This document shows, in pieces, positions 25,908 to 36,501 of a stretch of 64,000 bases of DNA. Source of the stretch: Phyllosticta citribraziliensis (Eukaryota). The stretch lies in contig NW_027117340.1 of assembly GCF_038025025.1 (NCBI RefSeq), forward strand, positions 1,922,001-1,986,000. The letters run 5' to 3'. The notes beneath the pieces were generated by a model, which was not told where the DNA came from, made no database searches, and saw only the letters and a program-made list of their open reading frames with translations. Every line of letters starts with the position of its first letter. Position 1 is the first letter of the stretch. The position numbers and the translations under genes are program-made.

Positions 25908-26935
25908 GGTTATAGGACGGCGTCTAGTCGAGGACAAGTCTCATGTCTGCGTAAAAAAAATACGATATTAATTATTCTTTGGCAAGTAAGAGGACGAGAA
26001 AGAGCCACGTCTAATATCGAGATTGTGAGATGTAACCACGAGACTGGCCGGAGTCGGATATAGAGGCATATAGAGAACGATCGATCGCCATCCGACGAGA
26101 CTCGCGACGTTGATAAGAGCACTGCAATTCAGGACTTGGACCTGCCGCGTTCGAGGAGTGATTTTCACCGCCTAGCAGTAGTGCGCGTGTATGGCAGCCG
26201 ACCCGCATGTTTAGCATCAGTCCGGAGCTGTAAGCTCACGACGGAGTTGGAGCTAGCGAGGCTCCTTTGCACAACGGCCGCTCTTGGCCTCTACAGCGGT
26301 GAAAGTCCATGAGCCTTGTCATGCACGATGAAGCAAAGGCAGCAGTAGCTTTCTCTTCTTGACACGGAACGGGAGAAGTTGGCAGTCGAGGATTGAGCTG
26401 GGCGGTCGAAAGGCAGAGCGGCATCGTCTAGGCACATGTTGGTCCACACCTCCTCAATCTTCCTCAACTTGGGGCAAGATGCGAATTTGCGGTCTTGAAC
26501 ACGGACGGCGGCTTTGCGGGAATAGGTGGTTGTATAGTGATACCGATCAGACATATGTTGTCACGAGGTCCAACTGCTTCCTCCAATGCACTGTAATCGG
26601 CCGAGATGTTCCTTCACAAAACCTGCTCTCCATTAGCCATTTCGAAGATATTAGCAGTTTGCAAGCCCTGAAACTGCCTATAATAACTCGACCACTTCGA
26701 AACCACTCACCTTCAGTTGAAGCCCAGCTAGCCGAGTATCACCAAGGGCAAGGTTCAGAGGACGTCTTTCCTACTCATACAGCCTTGATTCTCCTATGAT
26801 ACAAAGCTACCACCAACAAACTCAGTCGAAGAGGCCCGACCTTAGACTTGTGCAGACGAGACATGAAGCATTTCATGTGATCATGATATAAACAGGAAGC
26901 GAAACAAATGGACGAAGAGGAAATCGAGCTCATTT

Positions 26936-27602
26936 TTAGTCCTTGGCAGGAGGCTCGGGCTTGACGTCCGTGACGGCGGCAAGCAGCTGCTCCACGACTT
27001 TGCTCCCGCTCTTGCTGCCAATATCCTTGATCTCCTTGAGCTTGGCCTCGGTCTCTTTGTTGGCCTCCTCTTCGGCCTTTTGGTTGCCGCTCGAGTGCTG
27101 TATCGCGGTGTCAGCCGTACACCATGTCAGAGGCCGTCTGCGGGCGTGCTTGGCATACCTCAGACTCAAACTTCTTGAACTCTTCTTCCTTTTGCTTCTT
27201 GTACTCCTCGACCTCCTTTTGGGCCTCGCTACGGGCGTCCTTTACGCGCTTGGTGCGGTCTGTATGGGGCCGTTAGACGTCATTCGACAGGGTCAGGTCG
27301 TCGGAGCGGCGGTGCGGCGGTGGGGAGGCAGCTTGGTGCTACGTACACTCTCTGGCTGCGAGGCATTAGCTTGACATTGGAATCCAACAGCACGAAGCAT
27401 ACCCTTCTGAACAATCTTTTGCGCCTCACGCTCAGCCTATTGGTTGCGGTCGGTTAGCTATCTTGTTGTCGTTGACGACTTGGCCCGGAGTGGCTTCGGA
27501 GCGACTTACGTCGAGCAACGTCTGGATGCCCGCAGAGTTTTGGGCGGACTGCAAGACAGTTAGCAAGCTTCTCGGACAGCGACGAGATGCAGGACTGACC
27601 AT
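26936..27602 (-). CDS. VMA10: V-type ATPase subunit G; 6 exons including an ATG-only exon and a 9-nt microexon
   Basis: Spliced product is M-SAQNSAGIQTLLD-AEREAQKIVQK-ARE-YRTKRVKDARSEAQKEVEEYK...HSSGNQKAEEEANKETE. Confidence 0.95.
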
Positions 27603-27820
27603 GGTGGCGGGTAGGCGAGTAGAGGGTTATGGAGAGTCGATCTGGAGAGCAGCTTGGAGGAGGATGCCCGAATGTCAGGCACGCCAGTGCTGGAGCTCGC
27701 CGCCAAGGAGCTCCAAAGCGGGTGCACGAGCCGCCGGCCACAATTTCTTTCCTCTGGTCTGCTGGGCTGGCTGGACTTCGAAGTCCATGGTCTGCGTCGT
27801 TTGTCAACCTCACCTTCGCC

Positions 27821-28113
27821 ATGTCGACCGCATCCAAATTGACGCTCACCGGGACAGCCCTCGGTGCCTTGGGGATCGTTGCCGCCGTGCATTTCCAGCA
27901 AAAGTCCGAGCAAGCTGTACGGTTTCGCCCCCCCAGATCCAATCGCATTGCATCGTCTAACTACCGCGACAGGCCATGCACGCCGGTGTCATTCGCGACC
28001 TGGAGCAGCAACGTCTGAAGCGTGAGCGCCAACTCGACTTTGACATGCAGCGAAAATTGGAAGAAGAGTACAGGAAGATTCAGACAGTGTCGGAAACCAA
28101 GCCAAGCGGCTAG
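27821..28113 (+). CDS. PET117: Cytochrome c oxidase assembly factor Pet117; 2 exons
   Basis: MSTASKLTLTGTALGALGIVAAVHFQQKSEQA-AMHAGVIRDLEQQRLKRERQLDFDMQRKLEEEYRKIQTVSE. Confidence 0.92.
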
Positions 28114-28512
28114 CAGAGAATGAAACTCCCAGCTTTGGATTTCCACCCTCCGATCTACACATACTGGTCCAAGAAACAGCCTGGAAAGGCCATGGTCTGA
28201 AAGGACTACATCCCGTCCAAAACTCGCAGCAGCCCTGCAAACAAGGAGTCCCCTTGAACCGAGGCACACCTGCCAGAGCCCACCGAAGGCCTAGGACCAC
28301 TTTCCACTGCAGCGTTATCAAAAGCGACGTAGGCAATGGAAGTAAAACTAGTTTGGAATGTCTACTAGAGAGCGCTCATGGTGCAATGTCCGTTCAATTC
28401 TATCCTGACGCCCAAGAAGAAGATCGAATCAGTCTACGCCTTTCCACTCCGGCAGAATGCTCAACCTCGACCTCAACACTTTGAAAAGAAAGAACTTTTC
28501 CGTAACAAAAGC

Positions 28513-29332
28513 CTAGCCCCTCATCTTGACGTCGGAATCCTCATTCGCAACATCCACCAACTTTCTCTTTGCGGATCCAGAGGTCTCGCCCTCGTCAACG
28601 CCATCACTCCACTCGACCACCTCCCACTCCTCTCTGACGCTGCCGTCTGTTGACGAATACACGCCCCTAGTCTTCCGAATCTTTCCTAAGCGGCTGTCCT
28701 CGATCATGGTCTCGAACCACGGTGCGCCTCTTTCTGCTGTGACCTGCAGCGGTCCGAACAAGTCGGCATTCTGCAGGCCGACCTCGCTGGTGCCGCCGCT
28801 TTCGCTCTGAACCTGCTCCTGTCTCTCTTCCTCGTCGCTGGACCCGTTGAACAATCCCATGTCTTCCAATTTGCGAACATCACTGTCGCGGAGGCTGCCT
28901 AGGGTCAGGCTGATGAAATCGGCATCCTCCTTGGTATGCTCGTGCCAGGCCGAGAGCGGTGTGCCGCAGTAGCCGCAGAACTGTCTGCGGATGCCGGCGC
29001 GTGGGTATGCAGCGGATCCGCTAGGGGGCGGCTGTTCCAAGAAGGTGCGGCGAATGTGGTTTGGCTGCTCATCGGGGAAGAATGGCGTGGTCGAGCTTGA
29101 TAGCCAGTTGAGTGGCACTCGGAGGAAAGCGGCGAATGGCGATGCTGCGTGGTGAGCGCCTGTTGAGGAGACACAGAAATGGTTAGTCCTGGCTCTATGA
29201 GATCTTGGCGGTACGCGGCTACTTACGAGCTCGACGTGTGTTGTCGAAGAGAACGCTGGCTAGTTGAGCGGACGATGTAGGCCTGACGACATACTCATTG
29301 CGTCCGCAGGCACATGCGCCGTGAAGCTCCAT
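28513..29332 (-). CDS. GFA/CENP-V (Mss4-like) fold protein; 2 exons
   Basis: N-terminus LHGACACGRNEY, plus RRQFCGYCGTPLS and ISLTLGSL. Confidence 0.8.
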
Positions 29333-30249
29333 GGCGATGTGACGGGAATCTGACAGGTGGGAGCTTGTCCAGCGGATTTTTTGACTGCTCTGACTGTCGG
29401 TGACCAAAGATGACACCGCAAATTATTTCCTTGCTAGCGCCGAGGTGTGCTGCTCGGGTGGCGCTGTCGTGTCTTCAATGACTGTCTCAATGGCAAGTTC
29501 GAGTGAGTCGGTGGCAGCAACGGTTTTCGCCGCAGCTGTCCGAGGGTCGGATCCAAGGTGTTGACTGCGTGCTTTGAGGGTTGATGGAAGCTGAAGCCCT
29601 TCCGGACTGTGCTCGTGTGTGGTCGAGCGTACGAATGGCGGTGACAGAGACGATTCGGGGTTTGATAAGTTGACGCATATGTAGAAATGTTAGGCGCGTC
29701 TTGTCAGTTATGTCATGGGTCGACGACAGCGCCAGGGCCATGTCGCCGCACGGACCACGTCGACCCCGCGGCTCGCATCCGTCAATGGAATCATCCTGAA
29801 CCCTCCATCCGCCTTCGACCTTTTTCGTTGCCTTGCCGCTGATGCTGGGGGTGTCCTTTTTGTTTGCCATCGTTGCAGCTTGGAGGATAGACCCAGACCC
29901 AGGGTCTTTCCGCCCTGCCCTCAGCCTTGGAAGTCGGAACAGCCTGACCCACGGATCAGCATCCCACGCCAACCGTCCTGATTGGTCCGAGACGCCACCC
30001 TTTCGAGTTGCTTCTCATTGTGGTGGCGTGAAGAATTGAGGTGCTACCAGAATTCAACAGTGTCACCAACGCAGGTCATGCAGGCAAGCATCTCGACACT
30101 TCGTTGACGCTTCATGGACGTTCCAACCGGCTTTCGATTTTGCTATACGATCAAATTGAACGAGAGAAGTGTGAGTTTGATTGGGGAGCACTATTGTCTA
30201 CAGTGCAGCCCAGGAGAAGATTTTCAGCCTTACAGCCTCACGCCTATTC

Positions 30250-30458
30250 AGTAAAAGTCGTGGCACACACAATCTCCCACTCACTACAACAATGCTTGAA
30301 TGCTCCCTATCAGTCGCCAGTACGGGATATGAATGCTCCCTATTAGTCGTCGGTATTAGGGTCTTGACTGCCCTGACCACATACTCTGGCCCATCCTGAG
30401 GGCGATACTGATTCCCGACCTGAATCTTGTGTGTGCCACGACTTTTACTACCAAGCCT
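30250..30458. mobile_element. MITE-like fold-back element, copy A
   Basis: Perfect 23-bp inverted repeat AGTAAAAGTCGTGGCACACACAA (30250-30272 / 30427-30449). It encloses a direct repeat TGAATGCTCCCTAT(C/T)AGTCG with a 33-bp period. Confidence 0.7.
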
Positions 30459-30463
30459 CGGTC

Positions 30464-30627
30464 GGTGTCAAAAGGAGTACCCTTTGGCACGGTGGCTGCA
30501 TCTTGGGAGCATTCTTTACTACAACATCTGCGCCTAGGGAGTCGACGTCCGCTATCATGTTTGCGCCTTGGGGAGTTGTCGTTCAATATTGCCGCTAGGC
30601 CTAGGTAGTGTATTTTCTCACGACACC
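30464..30627. mobile_element. Degenerate fold-back element, copy B, adjoining copy A
   Basis: Starts GGTGTCAAAAG; core GGCTGC-N6-GGAGCATTC at 30494-30514; ends GACACC. An internal imperfect repeat TGCGCCT..GGGAGT has a ~34-bp period. Confidence 0.45.
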
Positions 30628-31065
30628 TACTGTGGTGGGTTTTCCATCTTCTCTATTTTAAAACTCTCCTAATGTCATATCTCTCAATTCACTCTTGCAG
30701 TTGCTCGCCGACTCTCCTGTCAACGCCGTCCTTTCGTCATCACCAAATTCGTCAGCAGAGACATTTTATTACCAAGCCTCTTGCAGCATCCCCTGGAAGT
30801 ACGACTTGCGAAAGCGTGCCGCCATTATGGGGCCAAAACTGCCTTGCCGTACAGCACCGCATCGAGGCTTCGCACGAGGTCGCAGCAGGCTGGGGCCGAA
30901 ACGCTCTCTATCTTGAGGGCTCAGCACTGCTTACCAGCACCCGTGTAACAACATATGCAGCCATCTGCTCTTGAGTATGATCAGGCTGAGATCTGACCGT
31001 TGGTTAAAAGTTCCGTGATTCGGCGACTGGAACTTGGGCAATTCCAAGTCTTAGTCCAGTCCAAC

Positions 31066-32674
31066 ATGGGTCTCGAAGATATTGTGTTTTTCAACTTGGC
31101 AGACGGGAAAGACTGCGATGTGGATCCCGACATAGCTGGCATAGGAGTATGTTACGATGCTGTCAACCCCCATTCATGCATCTTGCTAATTTATCTCTCA
31201 GGTGGTGTCTTCTTTCTTTGCCGCCGCTCTCATGACAACCTTGGCGTCGATATATGCAGCAATTTTGGACGGTTTGATCGGCGAAGCTACTGTCCTTCCT
31301 GATTGGATCAACAGGAGGCTTCAACAGAAGGGTGATAAAGTCGAAACATACAAGTTCCACCGTGAGGTGTGTAGACTCGGCACCGACACATCATGATTGC
31401 TGATTGGGAGCGTTTAGGTGGTAGAGAAAGTCATGATCACACTCGCCGACCAACAGCTCATGACCGGCTATGCCATAGTCATAAGTGGCTACATCCGCGC
31501 CAATCGATCCAACCCACGAATACCAACGTGGGACCCCACGCCGGACACTTCGTACCACGCAAAGCTTCGTGACGCGCATTTTGACCTGATAATATTCCTC
31601 TCCTGCCTTTCGGCCAGTAGTCACTTGGCCAGCGTGCTTGTGCTGAAGAGATATTTCAAGAAGAGCAAGGTGGTCATGTCCATCCGAATGACACTCATCG
31701 TCTGCTTTACGATCTTGCTCGCCGTCACCATTGGTCTTTCGCCGCCCCTGAGCTTTGGTTATCGCATCATTTATGGCAAATCGCCCAACGAGCCTATATA
31801 CAATCTGAAACTAACCAAGACGGTATCTCTCTCCATTCTGGTTATGTACCTGGCAGTGGCGAGCTTTTTCGTCGCCCTTTTTGTCGAAGAAATCCACGAG
31901 AAGTGGAACACGATCCTCGGTCTCTTAGGCTCACGATTGGGTCCACGTCGACGACCCACAGTGACGAGGACCGGGCGGCTTTCTTCGTGGGGCCTCTCGG
32001 TCTTGCCGACTGTCCAGTTCATCTCACAGCTCTTTTTCTTCACATTTGCTTTTATTCTAGCCGCGTCGCAAAAGTTTGCAGAGCCTCCTTCCCATGAAAA
32101 TCAACCAAAAATGTGCTCTCTCGACAGCGCCGAGGCCAACGTCTGGGGGTTTGGGCAGACCCTCCCCATGTTCTTCCTGCTGCAGCCGGTGCTCACCGGA
32201 ATAGGCGAATACTACGGTTCGTCAGCGAGATCAACATGCAACGACAGACACTGACAAACAACAGATATCAAAAAACAAAAGGCCAAAGACAAGACTGATT
32301 CCAAGGGACATTCGTCGACGACGAACATGCTGAGTCCACCACCGCAGAGCCCCGCGTCTTCGGCATACTCGCTCCCAATGCACCGCATCAGCCTCGACCT
32401 CGACAGAACCCAACGCCTCTCGGGCGATTGGCACAGGCGAAGTCCTTCAATGGTCTCGTTGCCAATGAGAAATAGCTACGAAATGGCAGAGGAGTCTCCT
32501 AGCCTAGCGGCATCCGTTGATGTCGAAGCATCAAGACAAAACTCCGTGCAGAAGACGCAAAACAACTCGCGCGTGTCAACCCCAAGGCAACAAGACGCTA
32601 GTGACGCCTCGTCCTACGGAGACAATCCAGCACTGCTGGAGAACCTCTGGTACCCGAAATCTGACAGGCCGTGA
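31066..32674 (+). CDS. Multi-pass membrane protein of unknown function, paralog B
   Basis: Exon 1 reads MGLEDIVFFN...DVDPDIAGIG. Later motifs are AAILD, ITLADQQLMTG, SSHLASVLVLKRYF, QKFAEPP and VWGFGQ. The last exon joins ORF 32327-32674. Confidence 0.8.
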
Positions 32675-33815
32675 GAGTGTGTTGATGGAGATGGGCGAGG
32701 CAGTATGAGGAGGGACGTTCTGGAATGCATACAGCGCACCATCCAGCGAATCAAAACGACATCTGAGGAATTCATGCCACACAGTCATCTAATGGACAGC
32801 CTCAACTGCGCAACCAGCACGGCTCGGCCGAACCCAACACACAGCGGTCATCGCCATCAATGCCGTCGCCTTCGATCGCAATCTCGTCGCGAAACCATCC
32901 GTCTCACCACCATGCCGCTCTTGCGTCGTATTCCAGCAATCCAACACAATCGATCGCAATAAACCCTCACCACTTGCTCGAACACTCAATTTAATCTCGC
33001 ATTCCCTCGTCGCCACCCACTCTCTGACTCGAAGCGCACTCGGAAATCCACACACGCAAGACGTGCTGCAGCACAACGTGTTCAACACCATTATTGGATT
33101 CGAAATCAGCTTGCCTTGCTTTGCGCATATCCCATCATCCCACACGCCATCTCCCCATCTCGCCACCCCCAACCGGAGCCGTGCCGAAGGAAGGGAGGCA
33201 AGGAACAGAGAGGTAGGGTGTGCCACGCACGCACGCACGAGTGTGGCGGCCCACGGGTGCTGGTTGGGGACCACAAGGAAAATTCAAGCATCCTAGCATT
33301 CCTGAGAGGGTGTGATGGCATGCACGTGGCTGACTGGCTCTCTGGCCAATGGAGATATCGGTGATTCGGCGATTGAGGCAGGCAGGGCAAGGAGCATTCC
33401 TCAAATTACCCAACCATGATGACGACGACGACGACGGGAGGTGTGTTGTGCTCCGCGATAAACTTTGCTATGCGGGTTGCTCTTGCGCACGGCTGGTAGT
33501 CGAGGATTGAGGGCTGGGGTGTTTGAAGTTTGAGGTACTGATTCATTGGCACATTGAGGCTTTGAGGATAATGTGATGATCGCTCTGGGACGAGGTAGAA
33601 AACTGTCTGGTATCTTTTCTTGCTGTATACTATTTCAAGCCAGAAATTTACTTTGACGCTGTCTATGTCTGTAAAAATTTATGCTGATGCTGTACTGGTA
33701 TGTCATCTGTCTGTACAATGCTCATGCAATGCTGATGCTCCGAAGCCGTGAAAATGCCACACAAAAGCCGCCGTCATGCTGAATGCTCTTCCTCATCCTC
33801 TCACGTCCAACAAAA

Positions 33816-35213
33816 TTAACAGCCGACGCCAAAGTCCTTGCAGATCTCTCTTCCCTGCGCCTTGATGCCACTGACCAACCAGAGGCGGTTGTTGGTAAAA
33901 ACAAGCACGCCGCCGGGGATGAAAGCAAAGTTGTTACTCGTCTCGCCAATGTAAATCTTGCCAATGAGAATGCCCTCGGGGTTCCAGACGTGGACGCCGT
34001 CGCCATTGGCGACCCACAGGTTGCCTTCCGTGTCAGCGTGGATGCCGTCAGGGACGCCGTTGTCGGCGAAGGCAAACGTGCGTCGGTTCGCGAGCCGCTT
34101 GTTGTCGATGATGTCGTACGCGTAGACGGTGCTGGGCCGCGTGTAGTTGAACTGCATCCATTGCGCGGCACCACTGTCGGTAACGTAGCTGTAGATGTGT
34201 TAGCTCTCTACTAGGGGATGGAGTGGAAGGGGAAGGACGCACAGAGTCTTTTCGTCAGGAGAGAATTCAAGGCCGTTGGGCTCGACAAAGCCGTCAGCTA
34301 CCACTTGGATGACACCCGTGCCGGGCTCGAAGCGGTAGACCTGCTTGGGAACCGTGGCTTCGGGTCTGAAGTACTGGAACCTGTTTGGGGGAATGATTGA
34401 TTAGTTGCGAGTCAGGGGTAGATGGTTAAAAGGGGGCGAAGAGCTTGGCGTACCATCCGTAGTCGGCATCAGTGAACCAAATGTCGCCCGTCTGGCTGTG
34501 CTGGCGCACGTCGTTGATGGACGAGAAGTTGCGGCCGCCTAAGAAAGAGTTGAGGATCACTTCGGTCTTGTTGTTCGCGACGTCGACGGACACAAGCGAA
34601 GATGGGTGCTCCTAAAGCGGGTCAGCAATGCTGGACAAACCACAGTGGTCCAAATCCACAGATGATTTTCAATCTTACAAGGTCGCCCTCGTCTGCCCAA
34701 ACTTGATGGCGCGGCGGGGCCGAAGTGTTAGATCCCGGAGGATAGTACGAAGTGCCACCATTTGCGTTCCAGAGGTCGGGGTATGCGGTCGATTGAATGG
34801 ACCAGTCGTCAAGTGACAGGATGGTGATGTTGATATTGTCAGGGGGAGGACCGACGTCGTAGTTGGACGAAATAATCATGGTGTTGGTCTCCTTGTTGTA
34901 CACACCACCCTATTTGGAATGGTTAGCTTTTGGTCGGCATTAGCGTCCGGCTGGATGACGTGCCTCGTGAAATGCCTGGTGCGAGTAGTTGCCAATCAGC
35001 TTGGCCGTCGCGTTGGGGCCCAGCAAGTCTTTGAAGCTATCATGGTAGCTCAGCAAGGAAACTGCTGGTTCTACTCCGCTGGTTGCTGGAAGGGTAGAAA
35101 AATAGCTCGGGTTTGTGGCAAGTGCCAACAAATCGACTACACAAGTCAGAATCACAAGAGCAAGGCTGAGGGATTTCTGGGACAGTACCGCTGACGAACG
35201 GAACGGCAGCCAT
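33816..35213 (-). CDS. SMP-30/gluconolactonase (lactonohydrolase) beta-propeller protein; multiple introns
   Basis: Motifs AFHEGGVY, NANGGT, NFSSINDV, IWFTDADYG, PNGLEFSPD, GVPDGIHADTEGNLWV and GDGVHVWNPEG. The start codon is uncertain. Confidence 0.88.
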
Positions 35214-36501
35214 TATGTAGATAGCTATACACGAAACCAGTGCGGAGAACCAAAAGAACCAGCTTCGAGGGAGAGTTTCTGCGGAAAAGCGCCAGCGTCC
35301 CCAAGGCGGCTGCTGGTGCTTATAACGGTGCGCCCGCGCGATGGCCATGGGGAGACAAGTGCAAAAGGATTTGATGCCACGGGCCTTGCCAAGTGCCGGC
35401 CTATTCTCGACCGAGGGAAGCGGGGTCTAGAGGAGAACATGATGAAGTGCGGATTAGTTGCAGTGGTGATGTGCACCCCACCGGAGGCCATGACCAAGAA
35501 GAGTTCGGCCCGAGCTCTCAGGCACCGGCACGCCGACCTTGGAAGTTTACCGCCGACCGCCAACGACCTTTCTCCATCATCCCTCTCAGCCTCCTGCTTG
35601 GCACCCATCAACACCTCTGGGGCCCTGGTCTTGGCTCATTTCCTCGTCGCCGAAAGTCCATCACGGTGTCGTTTGCCCGCGAGTCCCTGAAGAATGACGT
35701 CCTTCCCGCCTGGCCAAGCCCGAATCGCGCCGTCAACTCGCCATGGCCGCCATATTCTGCCACGCCGCGGACAGCAGACCGGCTCGTGCTGCGCTTGCTG
35801 CGCAGCTTCACAGTGTCCGTCTTCGGCGTGGGGATGAGCAGACCAAGTAGCGAGCAACATGTACGGCTCCCTCCGCTGGCGACCGACCGAGACTGGGATG
35901 CGTATCCGTATATTATGCGACGGCTAGCAACTGGATTGAGATGCGCATCCGTCGATTAGGCGACTCTCTGCCCTTGTCCCTGACTCTTGTCCTGCTTGCC
36001 AATTTCTTGGTCGTTGGGCCAGGCTACGGCACTCTTTGGGCCTGGATCATCCGGACGTCTAATGAGACGTTGCGCAAGGCGATACAAGAACGGTGTCAAC
36101 GGCCACAGCGTGCCACAAGCAGCCACAGACGTTCGTCTTCTCTTGACTGTTGTTTACCTCACGTGCCTGCCGATACGGGTCGTTGTTCGTCTCCTTGCTG
36201 CCTTTTCATGCACGATTCTGCGGGTGGGACCGCTTTTTACTCATAAAGGCAATTCGGCTACGTAGAAAGGGATTCATCACCAGTTTCCAGTTAGCAGTAT
36301 GTTGAATTCACGACGTGAGGGAGACGCGCGACGCGAGGACGACTGGAATGTGGGACGTCTAGTAGGACAGGATTGCCACCCCGTCGGTTCTCATTTCTCG
36401 CTTCAGCTTCGAAGAGGCCATACAAAACCGACTTGGTTGTCTGCGACAGAGGTAGGAACATCTCACAAACATCGACACTCTTTTGCGACGTTCTTTCCAA
36501 A

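Noticed and set aside
30297..30356. 33-bp-period repeats as a CRISPR array
   Set aside because: Eukaryotic context, only two units, and no cas genes.
30298..30514. The GGAGCATTC core as an AbaA/TEA site or as part of an HDV/hammerhead ribozyme
   Set aside because: Most copies read CATTCA rather than the CATTCY consensus, and I could not build ribozyme catalytic cores or pseudoknots.
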